49,210 bases of DNA from Candidatus Parcubacteria bacterium (GTDB lineage: Bacteria > Patescibacteriota > Minisyncoccia > Phycocordibacterales > UBA918), in contig JBJOPW010000007.1 of NCBI GenBank assembly GCA_046050355.1, forward strand, positions 1-49,210, written 5' to 3'. Below the pieces are notes generated by a model. It did not search any database and had not been told where the DNA came from. It saw nothing but the letters and a program-made list of their open reading frames with translations. Positions 36,689-46,034 of this stretch are shown piece by piece (within the stretch, counting starts at the first letter, position 1; the number at the start of each line of letters is the position of its first letter). The position numbers and the translations under genes were made by a program.

Positions 36689-36797
36689 CTTTTAGACTAC
36701 GCTTCATTTCCATAATACGCAAGGAAAAACTGGGTAAAGGAAAAGGCTGGCACGTGTCCAGCCGTCAGGGGCGCGACGGCGTCGCGCCCCGAAGCAA

Positions 36798-37007
36798 TTA
36801 TTTGGTCGGAGTGAGACTCCAAATTGACACGACTTTGGACTCACCCAGTGGTGGCCAGATGCGCACCTGCCAATTCGGCAACCGCTGAGCTTTGCACCAC
36901 ACACCGCGCCAAAGTGCTATCCCTTGGTGAATACAGCGCTGCGCGTGGGACCTCACTTCCCGCCGACCTTTCGGTCGCCGACATGGTTTCGGTTTCTGTC
37001 GACTCAT
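36798..37007 (-). CDS. Possible small basic hypothetical protein
   Basis: 69 aa ORF followed by GC hairpins at 36745-36790; alternative overlapping frames exist. Confidence 0.3.
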   Translation of the reverse strand: MSRQKPKPCRRPKGRREVRSHAQRCIHQGIALWRGVWCKAQRLPNWQVRIWPPLGESKVVSIWSLTPTK

Positions 37008-37136
37008 CAGCGTGTTCCGCCACCGTCCCCCTTCGGCTTATGTGTTTCTTTGGGACCACTATAAGATACCGACATGTAATACTCCCTGTTTTCTACTGCA
37101 CCCATTGCAGCAGACCAACGACTACGGTACACCGTT

Positions 37137-37559
37137 TTATCGCTTGCCGTCAAGGGCTTCGTTCACCAGACGATCCGCTTCTTTGTTCTGCTCCCGCGGG
37201 ACGTGTGTCAGGGTGACGTGTGGGAAGCTCGCTACGCGGAGGTTGTGGATGGCGATAAAAAGTGGTACGAGGCCCGGTTCTTTGATTTGGTATTCGGCAT
37301 TCAGCTGCTTTTTCACGAGCTCACTATCGAGACGAATCTCGACTTGGGTAGTCTTCGTATCTTTGCCGAGGACTTGTTTCAGGGTTTCGAGACCGACCAT
37401 CACCGCATGGTATTCAGCAAAGTTGTTCGTGCTGTTCCCGATGGTCTGACCTAATTCGCGCAACAGCTTACCCGACTCATCAGTAATATAGACACCAATC
37501 GCTGCTGGTCCAGGGTTCCCCCGCGCACCACCATCGGTATAACAGATAATTTTTTGCAT
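37137..37559 (-). CDS. rnhA: Ribonuclease HI family protein
   Basis: YTDGGARGNPGPAAIG, TNNFAEY, LDSELV, HVPREQNKEADRLVN. Confidence 0.93.
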   Translation of the reverse strand: MQKIICYTDGGARGNPGPAAIGVYITDESGKLLRELGQTIGNSTNNFAEYHAVMVGLETLKQVLGKDTKTTQVEIRLDSELVKKQLNAEYQIKEPGLVPLFIAIHNLRVASFPHVTLTHVPREQNKEADRLVNEALDGKR

Positions 37560-37612
37560 ACTGGTATGCTACCACAAATAGATTAAGGGCGCCTGCATCG
37601 ATGCAGGCGCCC

Positions 37613-37831
37613 TTACGTCGTTGGTGCGAATTCGAGCTTCGACTCCACCCACTTACCGTTTGGCATTTGAGCTTTGTAGGTATCGTCCGAAACCGGCACC
37701 AACCGTGTCCATAGACCTTCTCGTGTACCAAACTTCACCAGCCCGAAGCAGTAGACCTGACCGCGGTAAGTGCCAACTTCAATGCTGGCACCAGCAAATG
37801 TAGCAGGTCGCAACATCATTCGATCACGCAT
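37613..37831 (-). CDS. Small hypothetical protein
   Basis: ORF between recJ and rnhA ending in a palindrome; start uncertain (37831 or 37873). Confidence 0.45.
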   Translation of the reverse strand: MRDRMMLRPATFAGASIEVGTYRGQVYCFGLVKFGTREGLWTRLVPVSDDTYKAQMPNGKWVESKLEFAPTT

Positions 37832-37869
37832 AAAGAACCCCCTTTCTTTGCCACTAGAATACGGAGAAA

Positions 37870-39537
37870 TCAAATGATGTCAACAATCCGCAATCGGGTT
37901 GACCGGCGACCCATAAAAAATGATTCTTCGATATGCGCAACGAGGGTACATGACTGCCCTTCGTTTGGAGCCGTCGTGAAATCTGCTGGCGTCGCAAAAA
38001 AAGCAATGGCTTCCAGTGGTCCCCGATTGGTCGTAAAGGTGAGTTTGAGGTGTTCCTTGGCTTTACCAAAAGCCGCTACCGTATCAGGGACCACGGTACT
38101 AAAGGCAAAAAGTGGCTTCGAGTTGCCAGTACCAAATGGCGCCAATTGACCAAGGAGCTGTCGTACCGGTCCATTAACCTCATCAAGCGTAAGGACAGCA
38201 TCAACCCGAAGTGGTTCCACCACCAGCGCTTCACTCCCCAGGCGAACGAAGGCTTCGTTGAGGAAATCACCAAAGGTATGGATATGTTCATCATGGACGG
38301 CAAAGCCACCGGACGCATGGTGTCCACCATACTCATGAAAGATATCAGGCACCGCCTCCATAAGACGAACCACACTCACCCCACCACCCGATCGGCATGA
38401 GCCTTTAATTACGTCATTGCCATCACGCCCCCATAGGAACACTGGTCGTTTGTATTCTTCGGCCAACTTGTTTGCAGTGAGTCCGACTAAGGCCGGGCGC
38501 CAGAGCGGGTTACCCATTACCAAAACTGCTGGCATATCGGTCATTTCCTTGAGACGCCCGTGCACTTCACGGGTCATGGTCGCGACCGCACCCTTGCGCT
38601 CATTGTTGAGATGTTCGAGTCGCTCGACATACCCACCCGCTTCTCCTTCGTCTTTGGTCGTGAGGAGATGAAAGGCGTGCTCAGGTGCATCCATGCGTGA
38701 GGCGGCATTGACCCGCGGACCAATAGTGAAACCGATATCTTCCTCGGTGAGGTACGCTTGCGGAATACGGGCTTTGCGGAGGAGTTGTTGCAGTCCCGGC
38801 CGACGTGATTTCCGGAGGACCGTCAGTCCATAGTGGGCAAAGATGCGGTTCTCACCCACGAGTGGCACCATGTCCGCAATCGTCGCTACCCCAACCATAT
38901 CAAGCCACCATTTCTCTTGACCTGGGAGGATCGTATATGCACCAGTATTAATGAGTGCCTGCACCAGCTTGTACACTACCCCCGCACCACAGAGATGTGG
39001 GAAGGGGTAGTCGCCAAGCTTGGGATTAACTATCGCAACAGCGGCCGGCAGTGTTTCACCCGGTTCGTGGTGATCGGTCACAATCACATCCACCCCAAGT
39101 TCGGTTGCTCGCAGAATCGCTGCCTCGTCGTTGGTGCCGCAATCGATAGTGACAATCAGCCGAGCGCCCGTCTTGGCAATTTTTTCTACTGCACTGACGC
39201 TGAGGCCAAACCCCTCGTAGTGACGATGGGGGATGACGTTCGAAAAATGTGGGTAGCCTATCGCAGTAAAAAAATCATGGAGCACCACTGCGCCCGGAAT
39301 ACCATCACAGTCATAGTCACTAAAGATAACAATGGGTTCGGAAGCGAGCATAGCGGCTGCAATCCGTGACACCGCAGCATCCATGGTGTGCAAAAGCTCT
39401 GGTGCATGAAGGGTGGTGTAGTCGGGCTCTAAAAACGCTGCTTGTTCAGATTCGGTCGAGAGACCACGTTCTCGCAGTAGTGCCTCACGGAGGGTATCAA
39501 GTGGACCATCATGAAGAAGCGTGTACGGGAGAGCCAT
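37870..39537 (-). CDS. recJ: ssDNA-specific exonuclease RecJ
   Basis: SDYDCDG, TIDCG, VTDHH, ATIADMVPL, GPRVNAASR, GGHHASGG. Confidence 0.95.
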   Translation of the reverse strand: MALPYTLLHDGPLDTLREALLRERGLSTESEQAAFLEPDYTTLHAPELLHTMDAAVSRIAAAMLASEPIVIFSDYDCDGIPGAVVLHDFFTAIGYPHFSNVIPHRHYEGFGLSVSAVEKIAKTGARLIVTIDCGTNDEAAILRATELGVDVIVTDHHEPGETLPAAVAIVNPKLGDYPFPHLCGAGVVYKLVQALINTGAYTILPGQEKWWLDMVGVATIADMVPLVGENRIFAHYGLTVLRKSRRPGLQQLLRKARIPQAYLTEEDIGFTIGPRVNAASRMDAPEHAFHLLTTKDEGEAGGYVERLEHLNNERKGAVATMTREVHGRLKEMTDMPAVLVMGNPLWRPALVGLTANKLAEEYKRPVFLWGRDGNDVIKGSCRSGGGVSVVRLMEAVPDIFHEYGGHHASGGFAVHDEHIHTFGDFLNEAFVRLGSEALVVEPLRVDAVLTLDEVNGPVRQLLGQLAPFGTGNSKPLFAFSTVVPDTVAAFGKAKEHLKLTFTTNRGPLEAIAFFATPADFTTAPNEGQSCTLVAHIEESFFMGRRSTRLRIVDII

Positions 39538-39568
39538 ATAGTATCGACTATGGTACCATACATTGCAT

Positions 39569-39988
39569 ATGTCGACCGAACCATCAATTTTCACCCGCAT
39601 TATCAGTCGGGAAATCCCCGCTGAAATTATTTATGAGGACGAGTATACCATTGCCTTTTTGACCATCGGACCAGTAACCAAAGGCCATACACTGGTGGTG
39701 CCAAAAGAGGCAATTGTAAATATTCTGGATGGCGAAGTGACAGTATTTGGTCACATGATGGCAACTGCCCAGAAAGTTGCACGAGCAATGATTGCGGCAG
39801 GTTTTGGTGAAGGAGTAAATTTATACATGAATAACGGCGAGGCAGCCGGCCAAGAGGTATTTCATGCCCATTTGCACGTCATTCCACGACGGGCGGGTGA
39901 TGGGGCTATAAAGATTCCAATTAATCTACAATATTCTGAAGGTGAGGCCACAATGGTAAGCAAACAAATTACTAACCATTTGAAATAA
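39569..39988 (+). CDS. HIT family hydrolase
   Basis: SIFTRII, GHTLVVPK, GQEVFHAHLHVIPR. Confidence 0.93.
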   Translation: MSTEPSIFTRIISREIPAEIIYEDEYTIAFLTIGPVTKGHTLVVPKEAIVNILDGEVTVFGHMMATAQKVARAMIAAGFGEGVNLYMNNGEAAGQEVFHAHLHVIPRRAGDGAIKIPINLQYSEGEATMVSKQITNHLK

Positions 39989-39997
39989 GTACCGAAC

Positions 39998-40043
39998 TAA
40001 AATCAAAAGCTACTATCATATATGATAGTAGCTTTTGATTTTA
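39998..40043. terminator. Perfect 46 bp palindrome between convergent HIT and pgk
   Basis: TAAAATCAAAAGCTACTATCATA|TATGATAGTAGCTTTTGATTTTA. Confidence 0.7.
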
Positions 40044-40055
40044 TGCATTAACTGA

Positions 40056-41183
40056 TCATCCTTCGTAACCTAAGGCTGCGAGAGCTGGTGTATTGCCAGC
40101 TTCAAGGAGGGTGAGCATCGCACCACCACCAATGGAGACAAAGCCAAATTGATCATTGAGTCCAAGTTCTTCTACGGCCGCGACGGTGTCGCCGCCACCA
40201 AGGACACTCATGGCACCACTCGTGGCAATAAGCTTTGCTACCGCTTGGGTACTGCCTGGCACGCCGTTTTCGTAAAGGCCAAGTGGGCCATTCCAGAGAA
40301 TGGTTTTGGCGGCTTGTATCTCCGGCGCCAGGAGAGCAACGGTTGCTGGTCCCATGTCAGTGATTTTTTCATCTGCCTGGACGTCGTGTATCGCGGCCAC
40401 CCGTACACCACGCACACTTTCGACAATCACATCAACTGGACGGATAAGTTTTGGGTTAGTGAGAAATGGTGCACCTTTGATTGATACATCAGAAACCAGT
40501 GATGTCCCGACCTCCAGTCCATCAGCAAGCATGATATCGTTCGCCAACGCCCCAGACACAAATACCCGGTCATACGCCGCGAGGTATTTTTCGACCAGTG
40601 GCATCTTGGTCTCAAACTTCGCTCCCCCAATGATAAAGAGGGCAGGATGCTCTGGTTCCATCACCTTTTCGATATGGGTCACTTCCTCAAGGAGGGTAAT
40701 GCCCGCATACGCTGGCATTAGGGTTGGGAGCGTCACCATCGATGCGTGATCACGGTGGATATTATCAAAGGCATCATTCACGTAGATTTCACCAAGGGTA
40801 GCGAGGGTAGCAGCAAAGACAACCTCATTGTTCGACTCTTCCTCATGCTGCCGGAGGTTTTCAACAATAAGCACGTTCCCATCCGCCATCGCAGCATGAG
40901 CAGTGGCCAATTCCGGACTACCAAGGTCTCCACCCCAGGAACAAGGGATGAGGGTGTTGAGCGCCTCATACACCGGCTTTAAGGTATCAGTCGCATCGCG
41001 ACCAATGTGTGCAATCAAAACTACTTTGGCGCCAGCTTCATGAAGATAGGTCAAGGTCGGCAAGGCCCGTTTGAGGCGATACATATTACCTACCTTCCCA
41101 TCCACCAATGGTACGTTGCAGGATGAGCGAACAATCACATACCGTCCTTTAACCTCTCCCACCTCTGTAATTGATCGCATCAT
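40056..41183 (-). CDS. pgk: Phosphoglycerate kinase
   Basis: NVPL, AHIGR, ENLR, YVNDAF..HR.HAS, GGAK, WNGPLG, GGGDT, SIGGGA. Confidence 0.95.
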   Translation of the reverse strand: MMRSITEVGEVKGRYVIVRSSCNVPLVDGKVGNMYRLKRALPTLTYLHEAGAKVVLIAHIGRDATDTLKPVYEALNTLIPCSWGGDLGSPELATAHAAMADGNVLIVENLRQHEEESNNEVVFAATLATLGEIYVNDAFDNIHRDHASMVTLPTLMPAYAGITLLEEVTHIEKVMEPEHPALFIIGGAKFETKMPLVEKYLAAYDRVFVSGALANDIMLADGLEVGTSLVSDVSIKGAPFLTNPKLIRPVDVIVESVRGVRVAAIHDVQADEKITDMGPATVALLAPEIQAAKTILWNGPLGLYENGVPGSTQAVAKLIATSGAMSVLGGGDTVAAVEELGLNDQFGFVSIGGGAMLTLLEAGNTPALAALGYEG

Positions 41184-41193
41184 ATATACTAGT

Positions 41194-41952
41194 TTAAATA
41201 CACGCGGAAATAATTTTTTGGAACTCAAGTGGTTTCAGACTCGCGCCACCCACAAGGAATCCACCAACAGCGCTCTCTTTATATAACTGTGGAGCGGTAT
41301 CCCCCGTAACCGATCCGCCGTAGAGAATAGTCACTGCACTCGCACCAGCTCGTCCCCCAATTTTAGTGAGAATCTTTTGGATAAAAAGTTTCATCTCAAG
41401 GACATCGGCTGGTGTCGCGGTAGCCCCAGTACCAATCGCCCAGATCGGTTCGTAAGCAATAACAATTTCTTTGTAGCGTGCGACTGGTACCGTGGCGAGG
41501 GCTTTCACAATCTGCGCTTCAATCTCAGCATAAAAATTCGCCTGCGCATCACGCACCCGTTCACCAACACAGATAACTGGTCGCATGCGCTGCTTGAGAA
41601 GCATCACGATATTCGCATTCACCATTGCATCTGTCTCACCGCGGGCGCGACTCTCTGAGTGTCCAACTATTGCATACGTCACACCATACTCACGAGACAT
41701 AGCTGGTGAGACCATACCGGTGAAGGCACCAACGGGGCCAGGATGCACCTGCTGCACCCCGAGGTGCATTGTTGATTTCTTTACTGCTTTACTCACCGCA
41801 CTGATAAACAAGCTTGGTGGTGCAACCACTACCGTGGCGCCAATGTTTTTTTTGGCGATAGTGGCAACGGCTTTAGCGAGCGTCACGGCCTCACTTTCCT
41901 TTTGGGGGTTCATCTTCCAGTTGCCGATAATGAGTGGGTATTTTTGGGCCAT
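41194..41952 (-). CDS. tpiA: Triosephosphate isomerase
   Basis: GNWKMN, GHSE, AYEPIWAIGTG, LYGGSV, LVGGASL. Confidence 0.97.
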   Translation of the reverse strand: MAQKYPLIIGNWKMNPQKESEAVTLAKAVATIAKKNIGATVVVAPPSLFISAVSKAVKKSTMHLGVQQVHPGPVGAFTGMVSPAMSREYGVTYAIVGHSESRARGETDAMVNANIVMLLKQRMRPVICVGERVRDAQANFYAEIEAQIVKALATVPVARYKEIVIAYEPIWAIGTGATATPADVLEMKLFIQKILTKIGGRAGASAVTILYGGSVTGDTAPQLYKESAVGGFLVGGASLKPLEFQKIISACI

Positions 41953-42265
41953 AACTCAATAAGTGTAGCATATTCAACCTGCGAAAATTGCTCTGGGATA
42001 AATTTAGCACGCATCAAATGACCCTAGATTTGAGGTAAAATGCGGTATGGTAAAGGGTGATGGGTAGTATTCTCTACGAGGATGCCAGCTGTTCTGATTA
42101 AAAATAGCGACAACCTGTACTGGTCATGTAATGACCCATTTCGCAAGACTCATTGTGAATATTTGTGAGCTTTGCAGAACAAATAGTCCAATGAGTGGAC
42201 AGCCTCTGTAAGAGGTACACTCACGGAAATTCGCCATTGTCGCACTATGCGCTCTGTGACTCATT

Positions 42266-43690
42266 TCAATTGGTATCGCGCCAATCACTGTAGTCATACA
42301 CATCCGATGTCTCTGGAATAAATGGTGGTGGACTTTCAACCAGATTGCGGTCATATGAGGTATAACGATTTTGAAACCCTGACGTAGTCACCCCACCACT
42401 CGTCCACTGTGTGCCAACTCGACCATTTGAGACAATCGTTCCGTTATGTGTTTCAGAATTCCGAATCACGTATGGATCAAGTGAACTTGGGAGACCGCGG
42501 CTGTTGCCACTCACTGAGCACGACGTACAGTAATAGTTCCGACCATACCGACCATTTTGAGCAATAAAAATACCATTTAAATTCATATCATTTGGCACAT
42601 TCACTCCGATTAACACATCTTGTTCAGCGATCGCTAAAAGTCCAGAAGTAGTTGGTGACGTATATGTAATATTATTAGCAAGAATAATTGATGGATTGAT
42701 AGTTGTTGACGTAGCAAAGCTCGCTGCTAGTGTCACTTTACCCGGTACCGTACCTTGTAGCCATACTTTATCTTGGGCAATTATCAGCGGACATGATGTT
42801 GGGATAGTGTAATTGGCTACTGAGCTCGTAGCGGTAATAACATGTTGTTCACTCAGCCAACCATTTTCGGTGGTGTACCCCCAATATGTCTGTACACCGG
42901 TAACACGATTCACTGTTATGGTGTTATTACTATTAAAACGGATTTGATAACCATAATTACCGGCAGCTAATTTGTCGAGGAAGATTCCGTTGCTTCTGGC
43001 TTTGGTCTCCATTTCAGCCAAATCTACCGTAATCCCACCAAAATTCACCGGTGCGGACGGGAAAGAAAATAAACTGGCATTAGCATTAACAGTACTCGTA
43101 AATACGCCGTTTTGAGTGGTAGTTGGACTACAGCCAAAACTTGGTGTACACGCCCAATCGGTCTGTCCACTTGTCACACTCGAATTGTTGGTACCATCCA
43201 TTCGTACTCCACCATTACTATGGTACGGACCATTAATAATACGGTCATCTCCTGCCCACACGTTGTTATTAATAATAAAAGAATACTCGGCCACATTTGG
43301 TCGTGCATAGCGAGCCGACAAGGTACGAGAAACGCTGGGATCTTTGTATGTATGGCCCCGTGACGATACCTGACGCGACATAACAGTGCCGCAGTAACTA
43401 GTGCTCGCCAAAGTGAGTTGATACTCACCAATGGCTCCTAGCTCTGGGTCATTATAAACGCCAGTCAATGACGTTGTAGTGCTATTTGGATTATGTGCAA
43501 GGTACCACTTGTAGTAATCAAGACCAGCCTCAGCAATCTGTCCAGATTGTTCAAACTGCATACGTTGCTCAATGAGGCGACTTTGGGTCACAATAAAAGT
43601 TACAAAGGATGTCAAAATAACCATAAAGACACTCGCAAAAACCAAGACATAAATCATAAGAAACCCTCTATTGATTGTTTTTGCTGTCAT
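42266..43690 (-). CDS. Minor pilin / PilX-like pilus assembly protein
   Basis: RG|FLMIYVLVF class III-like signal without Glu5; IAEAGLDY; GPYHSNGG. Confidence 0.75.
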   Translation of the reverse strand: MTAKTINRGFLMIYVLVFASVFMVILTSFVTFIVTQSRLIEQRMQFEQSGQIAEAGLDYYKWYLAHNPNSTTTSLTGVYNDPELGAIGEYQLTLASTSYCGTVMSRQVSSRGHTYKDPSVSRTLSARYARPNVAEYSFIINNNVWAGDDRIINGPYHSNGGVRMDGTNNSSVTSGQTDWACTPSFGCSPTTTQNGVFTSTVNANASLFSFPSAPVNFGGITVDLAEMETKARSNGIFLDKLAAGNYGYQIRFNSNNTITVNRVTGVQTYWGYTTENGWLSEQHVITATSSVANYTIPTSCPLIIAQDKVWLQGTVPGKVTLAASFATSTTINPSIILANNITYTSPTTSGLLAIAEQDVLIGVNVPNDMNLNGIFIAQNGRYGRNYYCTSCSVSGNSRGLPSSLDPYVIRNSETHNGTIVSNGRVGTQWTSGGVTTSGFQNRYTSYDRNLVESPPPFIPETSDVYDYSDWRDTN

Positions 43691-43691
43691 A

Positions 43692-44303
43692 TTACAAATT
43701 CTCTTTTAGATTCCTTGGTGTAGCACTCCCTTGGAGCATAAACTCACCGGGTGATCGAGCCGGATCAATATTAACCACCAAGTTAATTCGCATATATCTA
43801 ATGTCGGAGATCATTGCGCTCGAAGTGGCAATCTCAATACCTGTATCACTATAATACCTGAAGGTCGTTTGTCCTTGGGGCAGATTTTGAATATATTGTG
43901 ATAAAATCTCAGTGTACGTTGGTGTTGTAGTACTGTACACGGGAGGATTTCCAACAGGCTCATAGGTATCTTTGTATAGTGTTGTAGTCGCTAGACGATA
44001 TTCAACATATTCAACATTGAAATCTTTATCGATATCACTATAAAATCCCATGCGGTGACTATCAGCAAGACCCAAAGGAAACGCGCCGTCAGCACCGTAT
44101 GTCATTTCCCGTGTGTCTCGTACCCAGGTCAAAAGACCGCGCCTTGCCACTTCAATTTCGTTTGCTTGTTCAAGAGTTATGCTGTTGTGCTTATACAGCT
44201 CAGTAACCGAACTCATTAATCCCAATAATAGAATAGTGAACATGGCGATAACAATGATTGTCTCAACAAGTGTGAAACCCTGACATGTGCGACTTATGAT
44301 CAT
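43692..44303 (-). CDS. Prepilin-type (PilW/PulJ-like) minor pilin
   Basis: QG|FTLVETII N-methylation motif; C-terminal PRN. Confidence 0.85.
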   Translation of the reverse strand: MIISRTCQGFTLVETIIVIAMFTILLLGLMSSVTELYKHNSITLEQANEIEVARRGLLTWVRDTREMTYGADGAFPLGLADSHRMGFYSDIDKDFNVEYVEYRLATTTLYKDTYEPVGNPPVYSTTTPTYTEILSQYIQNLPQGQTTFRYYSDTGIEIATSSAMISDIRYMRINLVVNIDPARSPGEFMLQGSATPRNLKENL

Positions 44304-44314
44304 ACTATGATTTA

Positions 44315-46033
44315 TTATAGCGCAACCTCAACAACGACATCACCTGAGACTGACAGCGGATCTGTTACAGCCATGCTGTAACCACTTGCATTCACCTCAA
44401 GTCGATAATCACCAGCTGCCGCCAAGCTACCAAAATAAACTTGGCCACAGCCACCCGTAATAGCACTCATACTGCTGCCACCAAGTGTAAGAGTAACAGT
44501 GGCATCACGGAGCGGTAAACCACCAGCAGTAACAACGACCCGTAAACTATTAATAGAAGCTGGGGCGGTCACAAGGGTCAGTGTCTGTGCATTATTTGGT
44601 GGGACAGCTACTGGGTGTGCTTGACACGCTTCGGAAATATCAAAACCTCCAATGTCTATTGTATAGGTATCCCATTCCACATTTGCCACTAATCGTTCAC
44701 CATTACTATCAGTAGTTGACGAAAAACTATGTTTGTAAATCGGCGAAAAATCAATTTGTGAACCAATAACTTTGTTACCACGCCACGAAAAAGTAGCTAT
44801 CTGTGGAGTCTCGCTTTCAATGTAATGTGTGGTGATACTCTGGATTTGTGGTGATACTGCTGTATTTGTGGTATCAAGCGAGATACCAATCACGAGTGTT
44901 CCATAGGTAGTAACATCGAGTTGACTGATATCTATCCGAGTAGCAGCAAATCCTGCACTGTTACCAGGGAGATCGACATCAGAGATCAATGAATCCGGTG
45001 TTGTGCTTGAGTAAAATCGAATCAAACGAGCTGTTTGCGCAGGTATGATTTCAACAACAGATATTTCCTGCCACCGAGCAATCACCCCTGGTGTAATTGG
45101 TGCCAACATTGCCACACCCGAACTTTGATACACACCCAGTGTTGACTCTAATTCAACCATACCACCCGCCACTATTGTATTAGTTGAAGATGCGACGTCG
45201 GTAATTATATCAAATGATCGAGATGAGGAGGCCTCGACTTGATTAGACAGTATCTGTAATGCAACCGTGCTGAGCACATCAATTTGTACGTTCACGGTTG
45301 ATATATCAGCCGTTAACAATGAGATTGGTTGTAGAACAGGATTAGGAACTGAACTCGTTGCCTCGTATGTCTGTTCCGATGAATAGCCAGCCTTGGTCAC
45401 AAATATCTGGTATCCAGAACCAGCTGGTGCTCCACCAAAGAGAACAGCCCCGGTACTGTCAGTCAGTTTTGTGACATCAACAGTCGTCGTGCCAGTTGTA
45501 TTCAAAAGACGCACTGAAGCTCCGCTTACCGGAGCAATATTAGCATCGGTAACGTTGACTCGGATAGTTCCGCCTCCAATATTTGTCTCAATTGACCGGG
45601 GAACAATATTAGTGACCAGTACAACTTGTTTAGTCTCACCCTGCAACACCCAACTTATTTCTATCTTGACTCGCTTGTAATCAGTCGTAATGGCATTGGC
45701 ATCACTAACTCCAATGCCGTCAGCTTCATCATCAATGTATTCGATGAGTGTTCGTTCAGAAAACAAAAAACCATTAAGCGTAGATGTGCTCATTTGAAGT
45801 ATGTTGCCAGCTGGCAATCCACTGACTGTTCCAACCTCATCATATGAAAGCGACCGTATGTATTCGAGTCTATCATTTGCAATTGATAAGGCGGATAATC
45901 TAGCTCTACTATCCGAAACTAATTTGAGCGATGTTTGAATTGTCACAAACAATCCGCCAATAAAAAGCGCCATAACTGCTGCTACAATCAACAGTTCAAT
46001 CAGTGAAAACCCTCTGGTTTGCTGTGTTGGCAT
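44315..46033 (-). CDS. Large prepilin-type protein with carboxypeptidase-regulatory-like beta domains
   Basis: RG|FSLIELL motif; VNVTDA..PVSGASV...TDSTG...YQIFVTKAGY repeats. Confidence 0.85.
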   Translation of the reverse strand: MPTQQTRGFSLIELLIVAAVMALFIGGLFVTIQTSLKLVSDSRARLSALSIANDRLEYIRSLSYDEVGTVSGLPAGNILQMSTSTLNGFLFSERTLIEYIDDEADGIGVSDANAITTDYKRVKIEISWVLQGETKQVVLVTNIVPRSIETNIGGGTIRVNVTDANIAPVSGASVRLLNTTGTTTVDVTKLTDSTGAVLFGGAPAGSGYQIFVTKAGYSSEQTYEATSSVPNPVLQPISLLTADISTVNVQIDVLSTVALQILSNQVEASSSRSFDIITDVASSTNTIVAGGMVELESTLGVYQSSGVAMLAPITPGVIARWQEISVVEIIPAQTARLIRFYSSTTPDSLISDVDLPGNSAGFAATRIDISQLDVTTYGTLVIGISLDTTNTAVSPQIQSITTHYIESETPQIATFSWRGNKVIGSQIDFSPIYKHSFSSTTDSNGERLVANVEWDTYTIDIGGFDISEACQAHPVAVPPNNAQTLTLVTAPASINSLRVVVTAGGLPLRDATVTLTLGGSSMSAITGGCGQVYFGSLAAAGDYRLEVNASGYSMAVTDPLSVSGDVVVEVAL

Positions 46034-46034
46034 T

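Noticed and set aside
36630-36870. Plus-strand RNase P RNA starting at GGGGAGGAAAC
   Set aside because: Only isolated words (GAGGAAA, GGGTAAA, GAAGCAA) match; no P4 partner or 3' ACAGAA motif found; promoter evidence favours the minus strand.
36960-37060. Hammerhead ribozyme (minus strand CTGATGAG...CGAAAC)
   Set aside because: Core-like words are present but I could not form stems I and II with any nearby GTC cleavage triplet.
41953-42265. Gene or ncRNA in the tpiA-pilX spacer
   Set aside because: Only short ORFs without motifs and no convincing structure.
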